The notes under the pieces were generated by a model. That model did no database searches. It was not told the origin of the DNA and saw only the letters and a list, made by a program, of their open reading frames with translations. A stretch of 64,000 nucleotides of DNA, from NCBI GenBank assembly GCA_047601445.1, contig JASGJH010000001.1, positions 2,016,001 through 2,080,000 on the forward strand, in the 5' to 3' direction. The position numbers and the translations under genes were made by a program. This document shows, one piece after another, positions 54,578 to 64,000 of the stretch. This DNA is from Myxococcales bacterium. GTDB taxonomy: Bacteria > Myxococcota_A > Polyangia > Polyangiales > DASUME01. Every line of letters starts with the position of its first letter. Position 1 is the first letter of the stretch.

Positions 54578-55453
54578 CTACTCGCCGAGTTCCTCGCGCA
54601 GATACTTGCCGAGGTTCTGTAGCGACTCCTGGTACTGGTGGCCGTCCACGAACAGCGTCGGGGTGCCCTCGATCTTGACGCGGGCCCCTTCCTGCTTGTC
54701 TTGGGCCACGCGTGCGCGCACGGCGTCGGATGCGACGTCGGCGTCGAACTTGGCCATGTCGAGCCCCACACTCTGCGCCAGCTCGCGGATCTTCTCGGGG
54801 CTCAGCTCGCGCTGGTGCTCGAACAGCTTATCCGCCAGCTCCCAGAACTTGCCCTGCTTGCCGGCGGCCACGGCCGCGAGCGCGGCGGGCATCGCGTTCT
54901 TGTGTCCGTCGAGTGGGTAGTTCTTGAAGACGAGGTTCACCTTGCCATCGAACTCTTGGAGGATGCCGCTCAGCACCGGATGCGCCGCACCGCAGTGGGG
55001 ACACTCGAAGTCGCTGAACTCGACGATGGTCACCTTGGCCATCGGAGCACCGCGCACCGGCGAGTCCGACAGATCGAGCGCGACCTTCTTCTTGGCGTCG
55101 AAGCGCGCCGAGAACAGCTCCTCGATCTCGCGCTTTTCGTAGCCTTCCGACACCAGGCGCACGAGGTAGCGCGCCGCTGGCACGCAGCTGCTACAGGAGC
55201 GCGCTTCGGAGACGCATTGCGCCACACTCACCGGATCTCCGCACGGCGAGAGCTGCTCGTTCACCAGGTCGACCCAGGTGCGACGCTCGCCATCGGTCAG
55301 TCCGCCGGTCTCGACCTGGGGCAGCTTCTCGATTTTGGCGGCGCTAGCGCTGGTTTGGCCGGGTCCGGGATCTTTGCCGCCGTTGCAACTCGCTCCCAGC
55401 GAGAACAGGCCCAACAAGGCCAAGACCAGAAATGGGAGCGTAGGCGAGCGCAT
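54578..55453 (-). CDS. DsbA-family thioredoxin-fold lipoprotein
   Basis: Lipobox LGASC; IVEFSDFECPHC, GTPTLFVDG. Confidence 0.9.
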   Translation of the reverse strand: MRSPTLPFLVLALLGLFSLGASCNGGKDPGPGQTSASAAKIEKLPQVETGGLTDGERRTWVDLVNEQLSPCGDPVSVAQCVSEARSCSSCVPAARYLVRLVSEGYEKREIEELFSARFDAKKKVALDLSDSPVRGAPMAKVTIVEFSDFECPHCGAAHPVLSGILQEFDGKVNLVFKNYPLDGHKNAMPAALAAVAAGKQGKFWELADKLFEHQRELSPEKIRELAQSVGLDMAKFDADVASDAVRARVAQDKQEGARVKIEGTPTLFVDGHQYQESLQNLGKYLREELGE

Positions 55454-55514
55454 GGTGGCGCGGATGCTAGCAGCGGGTAAATCCGAGCGCAAAACTCGAA
55501 AAGCGAAGGGTTAC

Positions 55515-55769
55515 TCAGCTTTCGCTGTATGTGACGAGTTGTTCACGGATGACATCTTCCGTCACCCCCACCTGGATGTATTCCTTCAGCACGTCAGCCA
55601 GCGCGAGAAGCAGATCGTCGATTCCCTTGTCCTCGATGAGCTTGGCGAGCAGAGCCCGCGACTCACGACTGTCATCCTCGCGCAGGAATTGCCGCACCTG
55701 GTCCATGGCGATGTCGCCACGAAAATCGATGTAGGCGTTTTCCAAGAGATACCGAACTAGTTCCCTCAC
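55515..55769 (-). CDS. Small acidic helical hypothetical protein (84 aa)
   Basis: GGAGGG RBS before GTG; protein-like composition, unlike the Arg/Pro-rich shadow ORFs. Confidence 0.75.
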   Translation of the reverse strand: MRELVRYLLENAYIDFRGDIAMDQVRQFLREDDSRESRALLAKLIEDKGIDDLLLALADVLKEYIQVGVTEDVIREQLVTYSES

Positions 55770-55971
55770 GAGGGCCCTCCCTACGGGACAACGTTGTCAC
55801 TCAGTGCAGGTTTGTAGACCCCCCGCTCCCTGCGGCGCAAGGGGATTCCTAGTTTGCACCGGGCGCCCCATTTGCGCCCGTTTTAAGCAGGACCTTCGCT
55901 CGGATAGGCGCTGCACGAGGGGCCGCGGCGCGATATGACGAGGCGGCCCACGTGGAAGGACTCCGACCGGG

Positions 55972-56649
55972 ATGTTGAACGACTCCTTGCTTGAGCGCGC
56001 ACTGCGCTGGCTTTTGGGCCATATCGGCGAGGCCCAAGTGCTCTCGGCTCGTCGTCAATTCGAGGAGGCCACGGGCCCTATCCTCGAGGGGGCCCCCGAC
56101 TACGAATCCCGGATCGCGCATTTTTTCGAACAGTATTTGTGCGGAGCGGCGCAGGGGGAGCGAGCCCCGCTAGGACGCTTCGCCGAGCAAGCTCCCGAGC
56201 TCTCGCAAGAGGATCGCACCCAGTTGGCGGGCTGGCTGCGCAGCCATCGCAGCCTGTTCGCCTTCGAGGGCTGGGAGCCGGAGTCGCGCCTGGGGCGAGT
56301 GCGTGACCTTTGGTTGGGTGGGACGTATCGGGTGTGCGGCCGGCCCGAGGACCGGCAGCTTGCGCAAGGCGATCGCTTCGATGGGCGCCTGATCGCCGTC
56401 TCGGGCAGCCTCTGGCTAAGCCCGGGACGTGTGTTCCATCCGCGGGCGGCGCACGGTGCCATCGACGAGCTGCTGCAGGGCATCGGCGAGGGTCGCAGCG
56501 ACACGGCGGGCTTCCTGAATGGGTTGTTGCGCATGCGAGCCCGCTACTATCAATTCGAGAGCATCCGCGCGGAGCACGTGTATCGGCTCGATGCGCTGCC
56601 CGAACCAGCGTTTGCAGCTCCCTGGGCCAGTCCGGCTAGGCGTCGCTGA
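55972..56649 (+). CDS. Hypothetical protein
   Basis: 225-aa ORF filling the gap; HRSLFAFE, VRDLWLGG, GDRFDGRL. Confidence 0.65.
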   Translation: MLNDSLLERALRWLLGHIGEAQVLSARRQFEEATGPILEGAPDYESRIAHFFEQYLCGAAQGERAPLGRFAEQAPELSQEDRTQLAGWLRSHRSLFAFEGWEPESRLGRVRDLWLGGTYRVCGRPEDRQLAQGDRFDGRLIAVSGSLWLSPGRVFHPRAAHGAIDELLQGIGEGRSDTAGFLNGLLRMRARYYQFESIRAEHVYRLDALPEPAFAAPWASPARRR

Positions 56650-56743
56650 GCACCGCCCCCGAGAGCCTTCGAGGAGGGGCCGCTACGACTTGGCGAAAGT
56701 GCAAAAGCCGAGCTCCCCGCACCGGTGGGTGCGAGGAACTCGG

Positions 56744-57140
56744 GCCAAAGGGCCGATAAGCCGGGTTTTGTTCCTGCCGTTCGTCACCGAACGACGGGTG
56801 GCGATCATTCATCTAGGGCGTCCGTTGCCGAACGCCTCGAGCGACGATACCCGGAAGCATCGGGCGGGCCGCCCTCGAACGCTTCCCTATTCCGTCTTGC
56901 TCCGGATGGGGTTTGCCGTGCGACCTGCGTCGCCGCAGGCCCGGTGAGCTCTTACCTCACCGTTTCACCCTTACCGCGCGGATCCTTGCGGAAGAGCACG
57001 GCGGTCTGCTTTCTGTGGCACTTTCCTCGGGGTCGCCCCCACTCGCCGTTAGCGAGCATCCTGCCCTGTGGAGCCCGGACTTTCCTCCCGCATCCCTTGC
57101 TTGCGCAAGCGACGCCGGCGAACGCCTTAGCCGCTTTGGC
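56744..57140 (-). ncRNA. rnpB: RNase P RNA, bacterial type A
   Basis: Minus strand contains GAGGAAAGTCCGGGCTCC, GAAAGTGCCACAGAAA, GGGTGAAACGGTG, GGCAAACCCC and ACAAAACCCGGCTTA. The ends GCCAAAGCGGC and GGCCCTTTGGC pair as P1. Confidence 0.97.
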
Positions 57141-57220
57141 GGCGCAAGTGTGATGCCAGAGCCGGGCCCAGCAAGTCGGGAAATTTGCCGAGCCGAACCC
57201 CGCTGTCTAGCGTCCAGCGG

Positions 57221-58481
57221 GTGTTGAGCAGGATTACGTCCTCGCCGAGCCTCCGACTGGGTTCCGCAGGTCTCTTGTGGGCCATGGCGATCGCGTGCGA
57301 TGGGGGCCCTCAGCCCTCGGCCGCCGACGCGAGAGTCCCTGTGCTGCCGCGCTCGACCGAAGCTGCGGCCCCTCGCGCGGAAGCGGCGAAAACCGCGCGT
57401 TCCGACTCGGCCCCGACGGCTTCGACCGCTTCTCAGGGGGCGCCACGGGCCAAGCAGGAGATCTCGATCCCGGCAGGCGTGCTGCGCCTCGGCAGCCCCA
57501 CTGGCAGCCCCGACCGCAACCCCAGCCGCGAAGCCGACGACATCCCGCGCGACGTGCCCGCGTTTCGAGATCGATGCCCTGCCCTACCCGAACGATCCGC
57601 AGCTTCCAGCCCGTCGAATGGTGACCCGCAGCGAGGCCAGCGCCCTGTGCGAGGCCGAAGGCAAGCGGCTGTGCAGCGAGTTCGAGTGGGAGCGTGCCTG
57701 CAAGGGCGACGAGGGCCGCGAGTATCCGGGAGCCCCATTCGACGCCAAGAAATGCGCTCAAGACGGGACGTCCTGTGCCTCTCCCTTCGGTGTCTTCGCG
57801 CTGGGAACGCTCGGCCGCGAATGGACCGAAAGCCGCGCCGGACGCGGAGTCGGCGACGCGCTGCGCAATGCCGTCGTGCGGGGGGCCGGCAGCGAGGCGC
57901 CCGCCAGCGCCCACCGCTGTGCCGCGCGCGACGCCGCGACGCCCGACAGCAAGAGCGAGTCGTTGCTCTTCCGATGTTGCCGAGGATCCAAAACCGACCT
58001 GGTTTACCCCGAAGAATCGACAAGCGAGCCATTCCGGGAACAGGCCCTGACCAGCGAGCAATTGAAGACGCTACTCGCGGGCATGCCCGAGACGCAACGC
58101 TGGGCCGACGACTTCCGTCCTTTTTCCGGGGAGCAAGTAAGCCAACGTCTGTCAGCTTCGGGACGCTCGCAAACCTCGATCGCGCCTTGGGTGCTGGCGC
58201 CGAAGGGGCTCGCCTGGTCGCCGCTGCACGGGGAACAACTGGGCGTTGTCGCAGGGGACACGTCGGCGGGAGCGCTGTTGGTTGTCTACTACCAGGAAGC
58301 CTCAGGGAAGCTGCGCTTCGGAGCCAGCTATCAGACGCGCGGCGAACACGACGCGATCCTCGTGGCCTACAAGCCGGATGTTCCACGCGAGGTGTTGTTC
58401 AGCACCTGTTGGGGATGCGGTGGCGAAGGCGGAGCCATCGAGTTGGGGCCGGACACGCGCGTAAGGATCTCCCAGCGCTGA
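57221..58481 (+). CDS. FGE-sulfatase (SUMF1/EgtB/PvdO)-like domain lipoprotein, split by a +1 frameshift at ~57564
   Basis: Lipobox-like MAIAC; IPAGVLRLGS; the join reads DVPAFEIDALPYPN; GKRLCSEFEWERACKG, SPFGV, REWT, FRCC. Start uncertain. Confidence 0.75.
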
Positions 58482-58550
58482 GCGTCCATGGCCGGGAATC
58501 GGCTTAAACAGGGGTTTGCTGCGGGCGAATTAGCGCGGAATCTGTGAGGA

Positions 58551-60809
58551 GTGGCCCGTTCTCCTTTTGCTCGCCCGCGCGTGCAGTGTCTGGCGCTGCT
58601 CTCGATTTGGACCCTCGCCTGCGACGGCGCGCCTGCCGCGCCTGCCGCTCCCGCAGCCCGGACCACGGAGTTCGCCGCGGCGAACCGTACTCCTGGCGCG
58701 AGCGGAGCGGAGGCCGATGACGCCGAACACAGCGTGCGCGGAACCGAACAAGGTCTGATCGGCGGGACCTTCTTCGACGACGCCATGGTCGAAGAAAACG
58801 GGGCCTCCGTGCCCGGTTGCTCCGACGACGACAAGGCCATGTTCCGACAGATCATGACGCTGGGTCGGACCGTCGCGCTGGGCTCGGCGATCCGTGACTG
58901 CGTACGAATGATCCTGGTGCAGGGCGATGGCACCTTCGGGCCCTACCATACCTGCCCGAGCGACCCTTACGTGCGCGACTCTATCGAGCAGCAAGTCCAG
59001 GGCGTGCTCGATGTCTTGACCACGCCGAACCCGGTGAAGATCACCTGCACGACGGGCAACATCGGAGTCACCCGGGTCGCCGGTCGACATGATCTACCTG
59101 CCCAGATCCACGAGCCGTTCGAGATCCCCAACCCGCCGCTCGATCAGCTCTTCGATGCCGACTGGTTGAGCGCCGGCGGCGGCTCCGGCTCTGCGACCCG
59201 CGAAGAGCTCGACTTTCGTGCGCGCATCTTCTTGATCGCGCCGCGCTCGGCGCTGGTGTGGCACGAGGCGATGCACGTCCATGCCTATCGCCACGATTGC
59301 CCGAACCAAACCTACTTTCAGAGCGTGCCGTACATGGTCCAGTACTGCCTGCAGCAGGTGGCCCAGAAGTCGGTCGATCGCTGCGACATGCGCGGAGGCT
59401 GCGCCACGGGAGGCGAGCGCGCCATCATCGATAGCTATCCCGTGACGGCCGACACGGGCTGCGAGTGCCTGCGTGATGCCGTCTCGCAGGGAAAGACGGA
59501 TCTCCCGGCCACGCCCATCCTGGATACCAGCGAGCCCGGTGATCGCTTCGGCGCCGCGCTCGCCGCGGGCGACTTCAACGGTGACGGCTTCGCGGATCTG
59601 GCCGTGGGTGCGCCTGGCGAGGATGGCGCGAGCGGCAAGGTGTTCGTGTACCTCGGGTCCGTGCTCGGGTTGTACGCGGAACGAGTCATCGACCAATCCG
59701 AGCTCGGTCAAAACGAGGCCGGCGACGAGTTCGGGACGAGTCTGGTGGCGTTCGACCTCGATCGAGACCAGCTCGACGACTTGGTGGTCGGAGCGCCTGG
59801 CGAAGATCTCCAGACTGGCGCGGTGTATCTGTTTCGTGGAACCCGTGATGGCCTGACGGCGCAGGTGGCGCTCGGCGGCAAGGCGCAGACTGCGTTCGGC
59901 GCGGGCTCTCGCTATGGAGAGGCCCTCGCGGCGAGCACTTTCCTCGACGTCACTCGGCCGGTGCTCGCGGTGGGCGCACCCGGTCTGAAAGGTGGCAAGC
60001 AGGCAGGCACGGTGCATCTCCTGCAAGGAGCGGACGTCGATCAGGCACTCGTCACCGGCCTGGCGACCTTGCAACCAGCGGCACCCGCCGGACACCCAGG
60101 CGATCGCTTCGGCGCCGCGCTGGCTTTCGGCAGCCTCGCGAGCGCCACGCCCGCGGCCCTGGCGGTGGGCGCACCCGAAGCGACGGGAGGAGGTGCGGTC
60201 TACGTGCTCTTGCCGCTCCAATCGAGCACCGTGGTCGTAAACGCAAGGTTGGAACCCAGCTATGCGCTGCAGTCCGGCTCCGGAGAGCCAGAAGGCTTCG
60301 GGCGGGCGTTGGCGTTCGGGCGCGCGGCTGGGCCCGGCACCCTGCTGGTCGGCGCGCCACGCGCAAGCGCGAGCAATCTGGACGACAGCGGACGAGTCTA
60401 TCTGTGGCGTGCCTCCTCTGCGGACGCCGCGCTGCTGCACACCCTCGACGGCGACGCGCAGGGAGGGCAACTCGGGAGCGCGCTGCTCGCGACCGGCCGT
60501 TACCAGGTGTTCGACGAGTTCCTCGCCAGCGCGCCCTTCAGTGACCACGCGGCGGTGAAGCTCGCGAAGGCAGCGTTCGACGAGGAGGCGCTCGATTTCC
60601 GGGCACAGTGGGGCGCGGCGCCGGAAAGCACTGGCCCCATGGCATTTACGCGCGGCGACTTCGACGGCAGCGGGATGCTCGACTTGGTGGTCGGCGTGCC
60701 GGATGAGCCGGCGACATCGCGCGGCCCCGTGGGCGGCTACATCGAAGTCTATCGTAGGACCGACGACGGCAGCTGGGCGCCCTGGGGACACTACCGACAA
60801 GGCGAGTGA
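58551..60809 (+). CDS. Lipoprotein with an HExxH metalloprotease-like domain and FG-GAP (integrin alpha-like) repeats
   Basis: Lipobox TLAC; WHEAMHVHAYRH; repeats GDFNGDGFADLAVGAP, FDLDRDQLDDLVVGAP, GDFDGSGMLDLVVGVP. Confidence 0.82.
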   Translation: MARSPFARPRVQCLALLSIWTLACDGAPAAPAAPAARTTEFAAANRTPGASGAEADDAEHSVRGTEQGLIGGTFFDDAMVEENGASVPGCSDDDKAMFRQIMTLGRTVALGSAIRDCVRMILVQGDGTFGPYHTCPSDPYVRDSIEQQVQGVLDVLTTPNPVKITCTTGNIGVTRVAGRHDLPAQIHEPFEIPNPPLDQLFDADWLSAGGGSGSATREELDFRARIFLIAPRSALVWHEAMHVHAYRHDCPNQTYFQSVPYMVQYCLQQVAQKSVDRCDMRGGCATGGERAIIDSYPVTADTGCECLRDAVSQGKTDLPATPILDTSEPGDRFGAALAAGDFNGDGFADLAVGAPGEDGASGKVFVYLGSVLGLYAERVIDQSELGQNEAGDEFGTSLVAFDLDRDQLDDLVVGAPGEDLQTGAVYLFRGTRDGLTAQVALGGKAQTAFGAGSRYGEALAASTFLDVTRPVLAVGAPGLKGGKQAGTVHLLQGADVDQALVTGLATLQPAAPAGHPGDRFGAALAFGSLASATPAALAVGAPEATGGGAVYVLLPLQSSTVVVNARLEPSYALQSGSGEPEGFGRALAFGRAAGPGTLLVGAPRASASNLDDSGRVYLWRASSADAALLHTLDGDAQGGQLGSALLATGRYQVFDEFLASAPFSDHAAVKLAKAAFDEEALDFRAQWGAAPESTGPMAFTRGDFDGSGMLDLVVGVPDEPATSRGPVGGYIEVYRRTDDGSWAPWGHYRQGE

Positions 60810-60845
60810 GGGAGCGCGCACCAGGCTTCTGCTAGCCTCTGGCAC

Positions 60846-61601
60846 ATGAAGCTCGTGCGCATTCAGACCTCGGCCGGCCCTCGCTACGCGTACGCCCGCG
60901 CGGATGGTGACTTCGATCTCTTGGGCGCCGCCCCATGGCTGGGCGGCGAACGCACGGGCGAGACCTTCCAGGCGCCAGGCGTGCTGCTGACCCCGGTCGA
61001 CCCGAGCAAGATCGTGTGTGTGGGCCGCAACTACGGGGCCCATGCGCGCGAGCTCGGCAACCAAGTGCCCGACGAGCCCCTGCTCTTCCTCAAGCCCCCG
61101 ACGGCGCTGTGCGGCCCGGACACGGCCATCGAGCTGCCCGAGATGAGTGCGCGCGTCGAACACGAAGCCGAGCTCGGTGTGGTGATTGGAAAGCGCCTCA
61201 AGCATGCGAGCATCGACGAAGTACGCGAGGCCATCTTCGGGCTCACCTGTGTAAACGACGTGACGGCGCGCGACCTTCAGCGCAAGGAAGTGCAGTTCAC
61301 CCGCGCCAAGGGCTTCGACACCTTCTGCCCCGTCGGCCCCCACGTGGAAAGCGAGCGCCTCGACCTGACGAACCTCAGCGTGTCCGCACGAGTCAACGGG
61401 GCACAGCGCCAACACGGCAACACTCGGGACATGGTCTTCCCGGTGCTGGAGCTCGTGTCCTTCATCAGCCGCGTGATGACGCTGCTACCAGGCGATTTGG
61501 TCTCCACCGGAACGCCCGAGGGCGTGGGCCCGCTCGCGCGCGGGGACGTCGTGGAGATCGAAGTCGCTGGAGTCGGCGTCCTGCGCAACACCGTGCGCTA
61601 G
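60846..61601 (+). CDS. Fumarylacetoacetate hydrolase family protein
   Basis: KIVCVGRNYGAH, EHEAELGVVIG, NDVTARD, KGFDTFCP, TGTPEGVG. Confidence 0.95.
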   Translation: MKLVRIQTSAGPRYAYARADGDFDLLGAAPWLGGERTGETFQAPGVLLTPVDPSKIVCVGRNYGAHARELGNQVPDEPLLFLKPPTALCGPDTAIELPEMSARVEHEAELGVVIGKRLKHASIDEVREAIFGLTCVNDVTARDLQRKEVQFTRAKGFDTFCPVGPHVESERLDLTNLSVSARVNGAQRQHGNTRDMVFPVLELVSFISRVMTLLPGDLVSTGTPEGVGPLARGDVVEIEVAGVGVLRNTVR

Positions 61602-61613
61602 CCGTCACCGGCT

Positions 61614-63188
61614 TCAGAGCAAGTCGATCATCTTCTTGACGGGCGAACCACTACGCATGATCAGGCGCATGATTCGGCTCATTGTCCCGTAGGTGGCGCG
61701 GCGGTACGGGAACCAAACTGGCTCCCGCTTGATGGGCGGCACGCGGTTGTAGTTCACGTGTCGGGTCTCGCACATCTCGCGCAAGCCCTCGTCGCCGTGC
61801 ACGCGCCCATGGCCGCTATCTTTGAGCCCGCCGAACGGCGCTTCCGGGGTTGCATAGGCAGTGAAGACATCGTTGACCATCACCGTGCCGGCGACGACGC
61901 GCTCAGCCAGGGCTCGGCCGCGCCCCTTGTCGCGCGTGAACACGTAGCCCATGAGGCCCAGGTTCGAGTCGTTCGCGTGCATGATGGCCTCGTCATCACT
62001 GGCCACCGACATGATCGGCACGATGGGCCCAAAGATCTCGTCGCGCATCACGCGCATGTCGTGGGAGCAGCCCGTGAGGATGGTGGGCTCGAAGAAGTGT
62101 CCCTTGCCAGGCCTGCGCTTGCCGCCGGTGCGCACGTGGGCCCCCTTGCTGACGGCGTCCCGCAACAACGCCTCGAGCGTCTCAATTTGGCGCGGGTAGA
62201 TCATGGCGCCGACGTCGACGTTGCCTGACTTGGGGTCACCTTGACGCAAGTCGCGCGTCAGCCTGATGACACGCTCGACCAAGGCATCGTGAATGGCGGC
62301 ATGAGCATACACCCGCTCCACGCTGATGCAGACCTGACCGCTGTTGGCGAAGCCCGCCCATACGATGGCGCGCGCTGCGCGCTCGAGGTCCGCGTCGTCG
62401 CATACGATGAGGGCAGCCTTGCCCCCCAACTCGAGCGTGCATGGGATGAGTCGTTCGCCGCAGGCCGCAGCGACTCGGCGTCCCGTGGCAACGGCGCCGG
62501 TGAACATGATCTTGTCGGGATGGGCGTCGATCAGTGCGGCGCCCGTGGAGCCGTCGCCGGTGATGACCTGGAACAGGTCCTTCGGCAGACCACTGGCGTC
62601 GAAGATCTCCTTGAACTTGAGGGCTACGAGGGGCGTCACCTCGCTCGGCTTGAGCACGGCGGCGTTGCCCGCGATGAGCGCGGTGATGGCGTCGCCGATG
62701 GGGATGACCAGCGGGAAGTTCCAGGGCGCAATGATGCCCACCACGCCGCGCGGCGCGTAGTGTACGTAGCTGCGGCGGTGCTTGAACAGGTGGAGGTCGA
62801 TCTCTCGGGGCGCGAGGATCTTGGTGGCTCGCTTGCCGTAGTAGGTGGCCAAATCGGCGATGACCATGACCTCCTGCACCAGCGCTTCGAGGCGAGGCTT
62901 GCCGCACTCCGCGCTGAGCAGCTCGACCAAATCGTCGGCGCGGTCCACCACGGCATCACGCAGAGCCAGGATGCGCTCGCAGCGCTCCTCGAGCGACACG
63001 TCGGCCCACACGGCCTGGGCCGCTCGCGCGCGGGCCAGTACCTCGCGGACGCGGTCACTCGAGTAAATCGGGACTTCGCCGAGCACCTCGCCGGTCGCAG
63101 GTGCGTAGCTGACGATACGACGGGAACTGCCACTGTCTGAAGCGGAGATACTGTCGATGCGCGGCTCGATACCTGAGTGCCAGACCAT
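61614..63188 (-). CDS. Aldehyde dehydrogenase family protein
   Basis: IAPWNFP, LKPSE, FTG, LELGGK, NSGQVCIS, EIFGP, PFGGLKDSG. Start could be 63227. Confidence 0.95.
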   Translation of the reverse strand: MVWHSGIEPRIDSISASDSGSSRRIVSYAPATGEVLGEVPIYSSDRVREVLARARAAQAVWADVSLEERCERILALRDAVVDRADDLVELLSAECGKPRLEALVQEVMVIADLATYYGKRATKILAPREIDLHLFKHRRSYVHYAPRGVVGIIAPWNFPLVIPIGDAITALIAGNAAVLKPSEVTPLVALKFKEIFDASGLPKDLFQVITGDGSTGAALIDAHPDKIMFTGAVATGRRVAAACGERLIPCTLELGGKAALIVCDDADLERAARAIVWAGFANSGQVCISVERVYAHAAIHDALVERVIRLTRDLRQGDPKSGNVDVGAMIYPRQIETLEALLRDAVSKGAHVRTGGKRRPGKGHFFEPTILTGCSHDMRVMRDEIFGPIVPIMSVASDDEAIMHANDSNLGLMGYVFTRDKGRGRALAERVVAGTVMVNDVFTAYATPEAPFGGLKDSGHGRVHGDEGLREMCETRHVNYNRVPPIKREPVWFPYRRATYGTMSRIMRLIMRSGSPVKKMIDLL

Positions 63189-63385
63189 TGCCCACCCTTT
63201 CGCTCGAGAGGTTTCCTCAGGTTCCAACGAACACCCGAAGGAAAGAAAGCGAAAGTAGCAGGGCTCGGGCAGCGTCGCGAGCTTCGAAAGGCGTCAGGAC
63301 GAGCGAGCAGCGCCCCCCACTCCACTTTCAACGCTCTGCGTCAGACCCGTATCGTCGCAGAAATCGGCCGCGCCCGTGCGCCAGC

Positions 63386-63979
63386 TCAGTCGTCGACGTA
63401 GTCGCGCAGCGTGTCGACTTCGTCGAGCCCCTGCAGACGGGCCAGCCCCTGCGTCTCCACCTGCCGCACGCGCTCGCGCGTCAGATTCATGATCTCGCCC
63501 ACTTCTTCGAGCGTGATGCCGCCGCGGTCGGCGATATCGAGGGCGCAGGTGTCAGTCATCTCCCAAACCTCGAGGTCCGGGAAGTTGATCTTGATGGAGC
63601 CGCGCACCGGGTGGACGTCGATGTAGAGATGGTAGCGGCACGAGACGAACGGACAGGGCCGCTCCATGTCCGCGCACTCGCCGCGGTTCTGCGGACGCCA
63701 GTACTCCTCTTCGGGGTACATCATGCGTCCCAGGTTGAGCTCAGTCTTGCTCAGCCGACGGATGGAGATGGTACGCGCGCGAGCCCGAGCGCGACGACGA
63801 CGGCGTCCCCGCTCGTCACTCTCGTCGCCCTCGAAGTCATCCTCTACCTCGCGCAACGCCAGCGCCAAGGACCCCTCGGTCGCCGCCGTTGCTTCGGCCA
63901 CGTCCAAGTCTTCCTCGCGCACGGATCCGCGTACGTCGCCCCCCCAGGTGCCGCCGCCGATTACCCCCTGCTCAGCCAT
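63386..63979 (-). CDS. Sigma70 region-4 HTH-only protein with an upstream Cys/His cluster
   Basis: [21 protein letters not shown]-x6-C-x4-C-x2-H plus a later Cys; GGAGG RBS. Confidence 0.85.
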   Translation of the reverse strand: MAEQGVIGGGTWGGDVRGSVREEDLDVAEATAATEGSLALALREVEDDFEGDESDERGRRRRRARARARTISIRRLSKTELNLGRMMYPEEEYWRPQNRGECADMERPCPFVSCRYHLYIDVHPVRGSIKINFPDLEVWEMTDTCALDIADRGGITLEEVGEIMNLTRERVRQVETQGLARLQGLDEVDTLRDYVDD

Positions 63980-64000
63980 CGTATCCTCCCACTTCCTTCG

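Noticed and set aside
56725..57227. Short plus-strand ORFs (142 and 104 aa)
   Set aside because: They overlap the RNase P RNA on the opposite strand.
59094..61415. 773-aa minus-strand ORF
   Set aside because: Shadow of the FG-GAP and FAH genes.

Overview
High-GC (roughly two-thirds GC by eye) chromosomal segment, most likely from a myxobacterium (Myxococcota, probably Polyangia). Its centre (13.8-43.2 kb) holds gliding-motility (Glt) genes: a minus-strand run gltC-gltD-gltE-gltF-gltG-TPR lipoprotein-gltI(agmK), a divergent Cys-rich CglC/GltK-like lipoprotein, and a GltA/GltB-type outer-membrane barrel pair after ftsY. Flanking genes are mainly housekeeping (greA, carB, tsaE, yraN, ftsY, uvrA, pdxA, rnpB) plus myxobacterial envelope and regulatory proteins. 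Four genes (gltI, uvrA, a GAF protein, an FGE-domain lipoprotein) each carry a single +1 frameshift. Three of these sit at a GAATC that restores to GATC, which most likely reflects a systematic sequencing error. I saw no mobile elements, CRISPR arrays, tRNA or rRNA, and no clear-cut new system. The best leads are a shared N-terminal motif in GltC and one barrel, a TonB-box-like N-terminus, a pseudo-M48 domain in GltI, an HExxH/FG-GAP lipoprotein, and several pseudo-enzymes or atypical regulators. All calls come from motif recognition; no database searches were run.
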